Origin: the human T2T-CHM13v2.0 reference genome, Homo sapiens
NCBI RefSeq assembly: GCF_009914755.1
Contig: NC_060935.1
Strand: one strand, 5' to 3'
DNA: 64,000 nucleotides
In this document: positions 1 to 14,248 of the stretch, piece by piece
Numbering within the stretch: the first letter of the stretch is position 1
Layout: every line of letters starts with the position of its first letter
The notes under the pieces: generated by a model
Database searches by the model: none
Told to the model about the DNA's origin: nothing
What the model saw: only the letters and a program-made list of their open reading frames with translations
Translations under genes and position numbers: made by a program

Positions 1-254
1 AAAAGGGGTACTCCTCCGACTGCTAGAGTTGGAGAAGACCAAGACTTGTGCTAAATAGAGCTACCCAGAGCCTCGCTGCTCCTACACCCCACAGGAAACC
101 CTGCAAAAAAAAAAAATCAATAATTTTCTACCAGAATGCAAGAGAACGACAAAGCAGGCTCTCACCCCAGGCCTCCATTCAAAGGAAGGATGAACGAAGA
201 GAGAGTGGAAAGACTTACAGAGTTCCTAGCATGTTCCCCTCCTGTAAGATCCCT

Positions 255-375
255 TCATTCATTCACTCAGCAACAGACATTTATTGAGCATCTACTATAT
301 AGACTAGCTCCAGGCTCTGGGGAAAGTTGGAATCAAAACAGACAAAGCCTCCTGCGGTCTCTCATGTTTCCTAGA
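255..375 (-). mobile_element. L2 3'-end fragment
   Basis: ttcattcattcactcagcaacagacatttattgagcatctactat... matches the L2 terminus motif. Confidence 0.65.
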
Positions 376-443
376 GGGCACTGTTCCCACAGATGCTCCT
401 CAGCTCCACCCTACCTTGATCAGAGGTTCTCTCATGTTCCTGA

Positions 444-970
<527 letters not shown>

Positions 971-1109
971 TGGGGGCCATGTTTGTAAGACCCTGTCTTT
1001 CATCTCCACATCATCTGGGATGGAATTAGGGTTATCTCAAGTCTAATCAGGATCATTCTAGAACAGGATGCCTTTTAGGTTTCTTGGAGCCCTCGGCCAG
1101 CAAGACTCG

Positions 1110-1290
1110 ACTCTTCCTTCCTGGCTGTCTCACTGTGGACGAGTTACTTATCTTCCATGAACCTCAGTTTTCATCCACGAAATGGGGATGATAATAGTAC
1201 CAATCTCATAGGATTGTGATGGTGATTAAGTGAAATCATGCATAAGCAGCACTGGTGTACTGCCTGGAGCACAGGCAGGGACGCTCAGTT
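1110..1290 (+). mobile_element. MIR
   Basis: MIR core cctcagttttcatccacgaaatggggatgataatagtacc...ggattgtgatggtgattaagtgaaa. Confidence 0.75.
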
Positions 1291-4200
1291 GTTCTGGGCT
1301 GTCTCATGGTTCTGCAGCAGCAGCCAACTCTAAGCCTTCTTTGCCTTAAAACCCATTATTGTCTCTGTCCTGTAGATGGGAAAACTCAGGCCAGGAGCCA
1401 GGCCTGGCATCCCAGACTCTTAACCTTTGGCAGACTGGACCAGCCTTCCCCCTTTCCTGGTACAATGAATGGGGAAGAGTGTGGGGTCCTGAGGCATCTT
1501 GAGGATTCTGGAGGGCCAATTCACCCCTCTTGGTGAATATCACAGAACCCCAAGGCCTCTGAAACCACTGAGTCCCATGAAGAAGGTTCAGAGATGGGGA
1601 GGCTGAGGCCACAACAGGGGAGCCATGCAGTAGAGCTATGTGCATGTTTGTCTTCCCCATTTGAAAGTGAGCTCCCTCCTTGAAGTCAGAGGCCATGGAG
1701 CTGGAGTTGTCCCATCTCCATGCTGGGATGTGAGCCAGGTGTGAATGGATCCTTGTGGCCACATAGAGACATCGGGGAGGCTCACATATCCAGGAGGACC
1801 CCAAACTCTACATACACACTCTAAAACCTGATCAGAACCCCACCACTATCATTTGCAATATCCTAGCACCCTCAAAGGGTATAGTGTGAGGGGTGGGGCA
1901 GAGAACCTGGTGGTGCAGGATGTACGGGGCAGACACACTACCTCTCTCCATCATCACATCCTCCTCATACTCCCCTCCCAGGTGGGACAGGGCCAAAGTG
2001 CCATTCAACACAGGGAGAAATGGAGTGGCACTAGAGAAGTAAGGGGGCTGTTATACATGACTATTTCCATAGAAAAACCAAGAGAAAGCATGGAGGGAGA
2101 AAAGGAGAAAGTCAAGAGAGAAGAAGCCTCAGGATTTCCAGCCACTAGAGAAAACTCATTGGCCTGGACAAATCCCAACTTCCCCCAACTTTCCTGCACC
2201 CTCCCCTTAAGTGGCTTCCAGTAAGCTACCAAACCCTGGTGGCGCCTGCACGCCCCAGGGCAAGCCAGCCTGACCTTCTCCTCAGAGCCTGAGTCAGGGC
2301 TTTCCCCATCTCAGGGCCCATCCCACTGAACTGGAATTTCAAGGTCACTTGTCTGTCTCTGCCTCTGGACCTGAAGGCAGGGGCTGCATCCAGAGCTTCC
2401 CAGAATACCCCACAAGGCTTGGCATAGTGACAGGCAAAGTTTGGTGAGCCTTGCGTAAATGGAATCAAGCCTCTCAGTCCCCTTTGTCTGTGAAATAAGA
2501 CATGTGGGCCAGGAGATGACTGCCATCTCTTCCAACCTTGAGTGAGACCCCCCAACATGTCACCATGACCCATTGTGTGTGTGCTGCAGGGTCAGGGGAG
2601 GTACCAGTTTCCTCGATGTAACCAAAGGCCCTCAGGGCCTGGTGGACAGTCCTACACAGTGGGAGGAGTTGGTCATCTGGCCTCAGCTGACCCTGGCTTG
2701 TGGTTTTCAAGAACTTAGGAAAAGAAAACCCAGCTTGGGGAGCTGGGCAGAGAGCAGGAGTCCCAGCCTGGTGGGGCTGCATTAGAGTCAGGTCCCTGCA
2801 ATCCCACCAGGGATTCCACGGGTGCTCTCCTGCTGTCCTCTAATGCCCAGGAGCTCATGGCGGGGTCTGCTTTACTTCTAAGGAGACTGAGGCAGAACTG
2901 CAAGCATCTGCCCTATTTGATGCACAGAGAGAGTGCAACTTACTGGACTTATTGCAGGAGTCGCATCCAACAAGAGAGCGGGTGAGTGGATTGGATTCCC
3001 CAACACTTTCTGCCTTTCCACCCATTGTAGTGGAAGGAGGAGAACTCGGTGGGTTCCTGCCCTCCTACTAACCTGGCTGTGGGGGTCCATTTCCCCTTGG
3101 GCCTCAGTTTGCTCATGTGCTAAATGGGGTCAGCAGTGGGCACAGACAGTGCCAAGGACACGTCTCTTCCGCAGTGAGCCACACGGGACAGAGGGTATAT
3201 TCCAGAGCTGGTGGCTTGTCAGACGGCCTCGCCGCAGTGTGGGTGGGCTGGATGGACCATGTTCGAGGGCCCCAGGATGACGCGGGGGGTGGTTGGGCCC
3301 CACCGGGGACTTGCCACAGGGAGATTCTGCCTGCCACTCGGTGAGTCAGCTGCTCCTGGGAGCCATGACCAGGGGCAGGAAGGCCACAGGCCATGATGCA
3401 AGGGCGCTTAGTCATTCTCCCTGGGGGCGCCTCTGGAGGCAGAGGCTATGCCACCCACAGACCCAGAGAAGCTCCAGAGCCGTGCACACGGGTACTCACC
3501 CTTGCACACCTGAGGCTCGCACACTGGGGGACACAGACACAAGTGCCAGAGGACAGACATGCCTTTCACCGGACTACACACAAACCCTCGGCCTCGCCCT
3601 GAAACACTCAGATAGCAGGACGTGGACCCAGAGAGAATGGGCACGGCACACACCGCTCACATTCATGCTGTGCACACGCTCACACAAACACCTAAGCTGG
3701 CTCCTGGGTGCACTTAACCATGTGGGGGCAACACTGCAGGAGACACCAGTTCTTCATTCATTCTTCCAGCCAGCGAACATTTGTTAAGCCCAACTGTACA
3801 AAACACTTGGAAGGACATAAGCCGTAACACAGGAGGCAGGGACTTGGCATGTTCTACCTCCTAGGAGAAGGTCCGCCCAGGGAAGGTGCTCCATAAATAC
3901 TGGGATAGGGAAGATGAGTGGACACAGGGGCCATGAGCCCGGGGCCTCAGCTTGAGCCTGGTCACAAAGACACTTGCTTACCCCCTCCCTATTTGCATCC
4001 CAGTCCTGAGCCCAGAACCTGCATTCCACCATGGCCCTGTAGGACCTCTAGCCGGCTTTGTGTCCTGTGATGGCTCCCCACTCAGGACCTGTGTTAGCCT
4101 CCAGGGAAGCCTTTTCCACCCACCTTACCCCAGTTTCTCCTGGACAAAAATGCGTGTGGGGGTGAGGAGGGAAGACAAAGGGGGTGAAGGTGGGCCCAGA

Positions 4201-4599
4201 CTGCTACCAGCACAGAAACTCCAAGAGGGTCTTTGGAAATTGTCAACACTCCTGCATTTCATACAGCTAAAATTCAGACCCCGGAGCAGAACATACTTCT
4301 CCAAGGCCATGGAGGAGTAGAGAATGCAAAGGTGGAGGCTGGGGTGATCTACACCGCAACTGTGGGCCCCGGTCCCCACGTGTGCCGCGCTGGACATCAG
4401 TGTCATGGTCCAAACCTCCCACAGCTTCCCAGCCTTCTCTGTTGTGGCCTTCAGAGCCCTGGAGAGCCAGTTGTTCTGCTCTGACCTGGGTCACCAGGTC
4501 CTGTCCCTCTACGAGGTGCGTGGGGCCAACATCCATGCTGGGCCTCCAGTTCAGAATGAAAATCCACTCTTAAAGAATCTGCTTTAAGAATCCGATGAA

Positions 4600-7500
4600 G
4601 CAAGCACTGGCTCCCTCTCTGCCCCCAATGTGCAGCGGCGCCAGTGCCCAGCAGCCTTGACCAAGCGGTCCCGAGTACAAGCGGCGCCTTCACCGGGAAA
4701 GATAGGTACTTGGCAGCCGGTGGCCCCTCTTACCCCGCCCGTATCTCCCAGTGACCCCCTCCTCACCAAAACGGCACCCTGGGAGCCGCGGAGCGCCACG
4801 GTGACCCTTCCAACTGCCTCTGGAGTCCAAATCCGAACCGGTCCGCGGCCCTGAGTACCACCCTACACACCCCAGCCTTGGCTCCTCAGAGCCTTGCCTC
4901 TGCGTGGCTCTTCCTCGCCGCTGAGCCACAACTCCCTTCCATTCCTCTCTTTCCTCGGCGCTGGCTGGTGCGGGTTGGGGTCAGGTGGAGAAGCCGGTCT
5001 TTGTTAAGGTGACAGAACGTGCTGGGGGTGGGGGCCGGGGCCAGGGCCGGTGCAACTAGGGGGCCGCTGCCCTTTCCTGGACACAGTGGAAGCTTCTTCC
5101 GCATCACCAAATTTTTGTCATCCTTTCTGAGGGACCTGCTTCCAGGCAGCACGCAAGTTGTTGTCCCGGGTTTACTCCGCACCCCTCTACTGGGTGAGGA
5201 AGGAGCATCTTGAATGGAGATGGGGGTGTCCCCGGTTTATACATCTGCAGAGAAGAGGTGTGCCGGGCTGCACCTCTGGAGGCCGCGGTAACTGATATTA
5301 GAGAAGACCCCGGTTGCAGCTGGGAAGGCTCACTGGCTGGAAAGAGGTGCCTCCTCCTTCCAGCAAAGGGCCCTGTTTGGAAGGGCTGCTTCTCACCTGT
5401 CTAGTGGCACCACAGGACGGTCGGCTTCCACTCGAATTCCCCCGGACGGTATCATCACAGAGCCGGGTCCTCGCAGTGTTGGTTTCCCAATCCGATGACT
5501 GTCACCTCGGTGAGGACCTGTGCTGATGGCCGGAGAACCCTGCGCTGCGGGCGCACATGGCCAGGTGGCGCCTGGCAGGCGACGTCCGGGTGCAGGACGG
5601 CGCTCTTACCGCCCCACCCCAAACCGTTGCCTGGGCCTAGGTCCTTCGGCTTCCTGAACAGGGGTTTGGGGGGCTAAGGACGCTGAGGCTCCGGGGGCAG
5701 GAAGTTCTCTCTGGTTAAGCGTTCTCTCTTCTCTCCGGCATACACTCCCCTACCCACCCACCTCGCCTACCCTCGGGGCGAGAGGCTCACCAAGGCAGGG
5801 CGCGCCCCCCCCATGAATCATCCCAAGGCCTCTGAGCCGCGGGGGCTCCGGGCAACTATCCCCCTCCTCTCCTGGCCTCAGGCACCCCAGTCCAGGGGTC
5901 TGCAGAGAAGCCCGAAGCCCGGACAAACGCGCCGGACGTCAACAACCTCTCATCCCTGGCAGCAGCAAAGGCCAATATATTTCCATTTCTTATTTCAGTT
6001 TGCCACCAAAACAAAGCTGCGCGCGGCTGAGGGCAGGAAGGCGCTGAGACCGAGAAGAAGGGACGTCCCGGAGAAAGTGCGCCCAGCTGATCTTAGAAAC
6101 CAGAGTCCTCCGGGACTTCGCCGAGATTTTCTGTAGGGCGTTTTAATCTGTTTTCCTACTGCGTGCCGGCGTCGCAGCGCGTGCGGCTCAGGGCTTGGTG
6201 ACTCCGGCTTAGCCCGGCGGTCGCGGCGAGGTTCCTGGCGCAGCCGCTTGGAACTTCGCATTAGAATCGGGACCGCGCAAATGCCCTGGCTGAAGTGTCA
6301 CCCTATTCAAGAAACACTGCTGTCAGGAACAAAATGGGGTCCCCGGTGCTCCGAAGTATCTTCTGAAATTTTCTTAAAACAACTTACAAAAAATGTTTTT
6401 GCTTTAACGTTTTACAACGTTTAAGGAAACATGTAAATGGTCTGTTTCTTTATCGAGATGGTCGTCCTAACTAACAGTGTACACATACATAACAATTCTT
6501 CCAACTTTCCTCCTCAGAGCTAAGCACTTCACTATATGTAAATTATAATAAAGAAAAGATTGTGCAAGATCGTGCAAGTCGATTGACTTAAAATATTGAG
6601 TTTTAATCCAGGCCCTCTGTTTTTCTATTTAACAACTTTTGTGTTTGGACCAGACTGGTGAAGCAGGCTATGGAAATTAACAAAGTAAAAAATTAAAAGC
6701 ATCTTCCTTCGCCATCCCTCCCTCCAAAATTAAACAACAGTCGCCCCTTCCTGAGCAGGCTTCAGTCCCAGGCTCGAGTTTTCCTGCGATCACCCCACAG
6801 TCACCCACAGCAGCTGTTGCTGCTTCTGTCGGGTTTTCGTTTCTGCCTTCTTTGGGTCGTCTCTTGTATACAAAACACACCCCAGTTCTCTAACTAAATT
6901 CAAATACGACCCCGGCAGAATTTACACATTTCGTGGTGCATGGATTGTGTCGGTGCAGGGGAAATAAATACCCTCTGGTATTTAACCACTGAGTCTAATT
7001 CGAAAAATCGGGACTGGGCCCCTAGGCGGCACCCCAGGGGCTCCAACCTGGCCCGCGCCTCCCCAGACCTTGGCGCTGAGAGCGCTGCTTTTGCGGGTGG
7101 GTGGACGGAGAGGTAACAATCTGCTTTCAACAAAAACCTGTCGCCACCGAATCGAAAGCGAAAGGGAAGGGAGAAGAGGGGCAGCTTCCCGCAGCGGCCC
7201 CGCGTCTCGGGACAGGTAGACTAGGACCAGTACGCGCCGGCTGCAGCTCCGGCGGTCGGATCCGGAGTTTGGGGGCGAGGCGCCGGAGTCCCTGCCCTGA
7301 GTACAGGGAGGCTCTCTGCGTCGCTGAGAAACGTCGGATCTCCAACCCGACATGTCTCCTGTGGCCCAGGCGGCCCGCCCTGGACTCGGGCAAGGAATTC
7401 AGGAGGCCAAAGAGCGGACCCAGAGTCTGGAGGGGAGAATGGTGAAGTCTTGGGTTGCAACAGAAGAGGGCTCGGTGGGGGCTCTTTCGTAAAAACGCGG

Positions 7501-7950
7501 TCTCCGCACCCAAAGGACACTGCGGAGCCGCCTTAATCGTCGTTCTTTTAGCACATCTGGGGAAAGGAAGGCCCAAGCTGGGGTAGGGACGCTTGCAGCC
7601 CGGGAGGGTTTCTCTCACCAACTCTTTCCGCAACCCGGTCCAGACCCGGCCAGCAGAGACTGGAGGCGGCTTCCCCGCCCCGCACTCCCTCGGCTTGGCC
7701 CAGGCTCAGCTGCCCGGGGCACCTTCCTTGCCGAGAGGCAATTGGACTCTGCCGGGAGTGGGCCCAGAAGTTGAGGCCCAGGAAGAGGCCTCCGAGCTTC
7801 CCCCTTTTGTTAGGTGTAGTTACACACGTGAAAGAACAGCTTTCGCCCCGACCTCCAGGGCTAGGAATGGTTGCCAGGTCTCAGCTGCCTGCCTGAAGAC
7901 GGAGATCAGCCAGCGCCAGTACTGGCACCAAGGCCGCCCCTGCCTCCGAC
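4600..7950. promoter_or_regulatory. Intron 1 CpG island(s), interrupted by an AT-rich core at about 6300-7010
   Basis: Dense CpG (gcgcgcggc, cgtcgcagcgcgtgcgg, etc.) and no recognisable young repeats. Confidence 0.8.
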
Positions 7951-9100
7951 TTTCCCAATGCTCCTGGGAGCGTCTAAGGATTTTTCCTTGAACTCCATTT
8001 CTCCGCTTTTGAGTATATACACTCTCACAACTGTGGGAGAGAATCGTTGTCAATGCATGCCTCAGTTTTCCTGCTTGCTGGCAGGGTAGGGATCCCACTC
8101 CAGAGTCCCTCCTCCTGGCTACTTCTGTTAAGGGCAGAGCCTCATCTTTTGTATCCTCAGTTTCTCCATCTTAGACCTAACGCGCCCAATCCCTTTCCTA
8201 GAAGGACCAGACATCTCCTGGCTGGGGAGACTCAGCTGCTGAGAGAGGGAAAGAACAAACACTGACTTGCTGTTTATTGTTTGTGGCTTTGCCCCGAGCA
8301 GTGCCTCCATCTTAGGCAGCATGGAGTGGCGTCCTGCCGGTAGTTACAGGCTGCCTTTGGTCCCAGCCTGCAGTTTATGACCCAGAGCAGTGGCAGGGAC
8401 TTGCCCTGTCCTCAGAATTGGGTGCTCTCGAGTTCCCAGCGGCTCGGAGATAGATAGGGATGGAAATGTGGGTGGGGGTTGGGAGGGGCAGGGGTAGCGG
8501 GGGCTCTTGCTCTTGCCTCTTGCTGTCTCTGCAGAGGCACATTTATGACCCAGTAAGGCCTTTCTGTTATCACCCCAGGATGCAGATGAGGAAACCGGGG
8601 TTTGGGAAGGTGTTTGCTGTCAGGTCACACTGCCACGGGTTAGGGGCAGTAGCGGGTCAAGTGGCTGGCCCTTTCCGTCAGCTCCAAAGGCTAGTGCAAG
8701 TAGAGGAAGGGCCAGGCTGGCTGTGGGGGCCCAGCAGGACACAGAGAGAGGGCTCAGGGGAGGCCAGGCCTCTCCGCCTTCCCTCTGGACCTGAAGGCAT
8801 TTAACCAAGAGGTGGGGAGCTCCTTAGGCTCTCTTCTTGCCTAATGTATCAGCCTCTTCAGAGGTCTCACTGGTAATTTTCATTAAAATATGAAAATTCA
8901 ATGCAGTGGAGAGAGAGCATGAGCTCCCTGGCTATGCAGGATGAACCTCCATGGGTCCCCTAGTCTGCGACCTGCCCTCACCTAATAGTCCTGAATGACA
9001 GGGACGAGCTGGGGCCTGCATCCCTGGGCTGGGAAGGACAGCCAGTACGGACAGGGCTGAGAGTCTCTGCTGGCTTAGCACGGAAAGAGTGCCTGTATGA

Positions 9101-9316
9101 GAGCTGTGTGTGTCCATGTGCGGAGCTGTGTGTGTCTGTGTGTGGAGCTGTGTGTGTCCATGTGTGGAGCTGTGTGTGTCCGTGTGTGGAGCTGTGGGTG
9201 TCCGTGTGTGGAGCTGTGGGTGTCTGTGTGTGGAGCAGTGGGTGTCTGTGTGTGGAACTGTGTGTGCCTGCATGTGGAGCTGTGGGTGTCTGTGTGTGGA
9301 GCCTTGGGGGTCTGTG
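9101..9316. repeat. Minisatellite, ~10 x 22 bp (GAGCTGTG(T/G)GTGTC(C/T)GTGTGTG)
   Basis: Units start at 9101, 9123, 9145, 9167, 9189, 9211, 9233, 9255, 9277 and 9299. Confidence 0.93.
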
Positions 9317-10464
9317 ATCTGAATGCCTGATCTCATTCCAACTGGAGGTGAAGAGGAAGGTGGAGGAAGTGGGGAAGGGCCACTGAATCTTTCTAAATCT
9401 TCTCTCAGTTCTGTCCTATGGGTTTGGGAGTATGTGGCTCATTCGAGGCCACATGGGCATGTGTTCTTGGGGTATGACCACATCGGCTCCTAAAGAAGAT
9501 GCTCTCTGCGTGTGTGTGTGTAGAGTGCAATTGTAGACAAGCATATGACTGTGAATGTTTGTCAGCAGCCATCTATGAACTAGTTCTGCGCCTGTGAGAG
9601 AAGGAACCTGAATACGAGAAAATATCTGCCATCGGCTGTTTTCCCAAAGTTATTCTAGCCACCAAGGCCTCCGCCGTGTCCCAGCCTCTGTCCCCAGGCC
9701 TAGTGCCTCTCCATCAGCCTGGATCAGGGCAAATTCCCTGCCCCCAACTCTTCCCACCAGGGCCGGACCTGAAGGCCAAGGCCTCCGGGTATGTGCTCAG
9801 GACTCCTGGCCCAGAGAAGGTTTTTCCCTTTCTGCGTCTTTGCTTCCCCTTCCGCTTTGGGGTTCAGGAACCCCGATTCTCTGGAAGAAGAGAAGGCCTA
9901 GGCTACTGAGCTGCTCTGGCTAGAGACGTCCTTGAGTGTCTCTCTCTCCCGGGCAATGGTGGCTGTGCTCTGGGGGGCCCAGGCCTGCCTCCTGTGGCTG
10001 CGTTCAAGGCAGCTTGGAGGTCATTTAGGCCAGCTCCCCCGGGTTCCCCGTGGGCTCAAATCAGGACCCAGACCCTTCTCTCTTGCCACAGCTCTGGGCC
10101 ACCTGGGACTCGGGACTTCCTGTCTCCCTTCCTACTCTGTCCTAAACCATTGTTCAGAGGCCTGCCGCCTCCAAGAATCGCCGAGGGAGAAGCTCCAGGG
10201 GAACTGGCCTGCCCGCATCCCCACTGCCAGTAGCGCTCAGGGTCCCAGGACTCGGGTCTTTCCAGACCACAGTGTCCCCTGGGACCCTAGGGTCTCTGGC
10301 TCCGCACTGTGTTGCGCCAGTGCGCCTGGATTTCCCGTGAGCTTTCGGCCAACCACGCTCCGGGCTTCCCGCCTGGCTCCGCACCTGCGGCGCTCTCACC
10401 TGCGGCGGCGCCGCCCGAGGAGCCTCCCAGCCGGCGAGGAGCGAGGCCTCTGCAGTCCTGCTGT

Positions 10465-10552
10465 CCCGCAGCCCCGCAGCCCCGCAGCCCCGCAGCCCCG
10501 CAGCCCCGCAGCCCCGCAGCCCCGCAGCCCCGCAGCCCCGCAGCCCCGCAGC
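10465..10552. repeat. Perfect octamer tandem repeat (CCCGCAGC)x11
   Basis: Direct count: 88 bp with no interruptions. Confidence 0.97.
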
Positions 10553-10860
10553 CCAGCGCCAGAGCGCTGCGCGGAGACTCCTTGCCGCCGCACGCCCTGG
10601 GCCGGTAAGAAGCATCCGCTTCAAATCCCGCCCAGCGGGCAGCGCAAAGCGAGCGGTTTGGGGAAATGCCGAAGGGACCGGGAAAAACAAACTCCAAGTC
10701 GAGTTTAACAGCCGAAACGCTCCGTGCCTAGGCCGGCGGACAAGAAGGAGACAGAACAGATCCCTTGGCTCCCTCGCAGCGATCGATCCCGTTTACCGAC
10801 CAGAGTCACCACCCCGCCCCCAGCCCGCCAACTCATACCTCCCGCAAGCCACCAGTTTCA

Positions 10861-11874
<1,014 letters not shown>

Positions 11875-12764
11875 CTACTAACTCGCTAGCGGGGATTCAA
11901 CCCGGAGGCGCCCGAGGGCTTTTCCGATTCTAGGCGGGGCTGGGGAGGTGCCAGGATCCCCAGGGCTCCCGAGGCTAGGCTGAGAATTGGCGGGGTGTCG
12001 GAGCTTTGCCTTAGGGCAAAGGGAAATGCAAATTTTAATGACAGGTTAAAAAAAAGCCCCCCAAAATAAACCTAACAGGTTTTGACATTCGAAGCCAGGG
12101 GGACCACGGGCCTGCGGATGCAAGCGAGTCCTACGGACTCCTGCGCGCGAGCTCGCGGGCGCCGCTGCGGGCCTTCCCGCTGGCACCTTTTCCTAGGTTT
12201 CCAACCTTCCTCCCCATTCCCGTTCCTACGGGAGATTAACACACACACAAGCCTTCGTCGTCCAGTGCATGGTCACTTGCACGTCTTGTTAACTATTTCC
12301 CTCTGCTGTAAGGGCGCTGGGCTGGGATGTAGCGGAATCTGTGCTCCCTCAAGCCCTGGAGAAGCCCTGGGCTGGGCCCGGCTTCAGAAGCTTTAGAGCG
12401 CTGCCCTCTGCGCTCCCGTCTAGAGGCCGCACCGTTCACGCCCCACGTCTGCGCCCAGGCGAGGGGATTTCCTGCCAGGCGAAGTACAGAGAGCGGACTC
12501 TGGAGACCCCCTGACCTTGCCCGATAGTCGCGCTGTCACCTGTTCACTCCTTGGGGTCAGGGGTCGGGGAGAGGGGTGAGACCGTCTCTTCCCTTTCTGG
12601 CCTCACTGCCCCCGACTGTAAAACGAACTGCTTGGTTTTGATAGGTTGTGGTTTCACCACCACTGCGAGCCTCAAGGCCCCTGGCACCGCCACAGCAAGG
12701 GAAAAAACTTTGCGCGTGCAGCCCCTCGATTTCGCTTCATGACAACCGTGCTAGAGATTGGCGC

Positions 12765-12860
12765 CCCCAATTTTCTGATGAGCTAACGGAGGCTCAGAGA
12801 GGGGCGGCCACCTGGTCCAGGTCACACAGCTGGGAAATAGCCGTCGCGCCCTGGAACCTC
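12765..12860 (-). mobile_element. MIR fragment inside the promoter CpG island
   Basis: cccaattttctgatgagctaacggaggctcagagagg...ccaggtcacacagct. Confidence 0.6.
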
Positions 12861-13896
12861 TGCTCAGGCTAGTCCCTCCACCGACCTGGAAGGCCGTGCG
12901 GACAGCGTAGATGCAGAGGGGAAACTGGCCCCCGGCTGTGGAATGGTTCAAGTTGAAGGAGACCAGCGAGAGCAGCCTTCCTTAAACCGCTGAGAAAATC
13001 GTTAAGCGAGAACGTACCTCTAGGGAGTCTGGGAGTAGGGTGAGAGGTAAAAGTGCAAGGTAAAATTAAAGAGGGCCTGAGCACCGTGAACCAAGGAATG
13101 TGGGTCAGATGTCAACTTTCTGCATCTAAGGTCTCCCAAAGAAAAAATATACCTGGGGGGTCGCGCTTCTGCTCCCAATCTCATCTGGGCTAATTCTTAC
13201 CCCCACCCTACCCCCTTAGTATCTCTGGTCCTTGCTCCGCCGCCGACCGCGCGATCCCACATCTGGTTTCCATCGCCGGCTTACCTTGAAGTGCTCGTTA
13301 ATAAAGATATTCCGCAAACCAAGCCAGGAGCGCGCAGGCTCCAGCCGCCCCCCACTCCATGCCCAATGGGAACCGCGCCTCACTGGCCCGCAGACCTAAG
13401 CCACTTGAGAGTCCTTTATTTATTGAGCTCCTGTTGTGCCAACAATCTGGCAATACAAGGCTTATCATACCCATTTTGCATATGGGTAGACTGAGACTCA
13501 ACCAAAATAATTTTCCAGTTAGCAAAAAGCGGAGTGCTCCTGCCATCATCCTAAATGCTCCTGTCCAGCGGTTTCTTCAAGTTCCTAGAACCTGCCAAGG
13601 TCTCTAGCCTGTGCACTGTAGCATAGGTGGTTTCCCCTACCTGGAATTCCCTAAACTCATTCCTGCACTTTTGTCTGGCTAATGATTCAGAGTTCAGCCT
13701 AGAGCATCTTCCTCTAGGAAGACTTCCCGTCTCTCCTAGTTTAAGTTGACGCTTCCGTTTGCCTCATCTCCGTCCCAGATCTCGTGGTTGTCTGGTTGCC
13801 TGGCTATGAGTGTATCTCAACCCCACTAGTTGCCCCAGGGCAGCCTCCTACGTGCCTGGCACCCCACAAATATTTGTGGAATAAAAGATTAAACCT

Positions 13897-14248
<352 letters not shown>

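Noticed and set aside
9101-9316. Regularly spaced repeats resembling a CRISPR array
   Set aside because: Contiguous tandem units without unique spacers, eukaryotic context and no cas genes.
9932-10708. 258-aa ORF and overlapping ORFs with PQPRSPAA / GLRGCGAA repeats
   Set aside because: Products of the 8-bp tandem repeat in a CpG island; the longest starts at TTG and there is no coding evidence.
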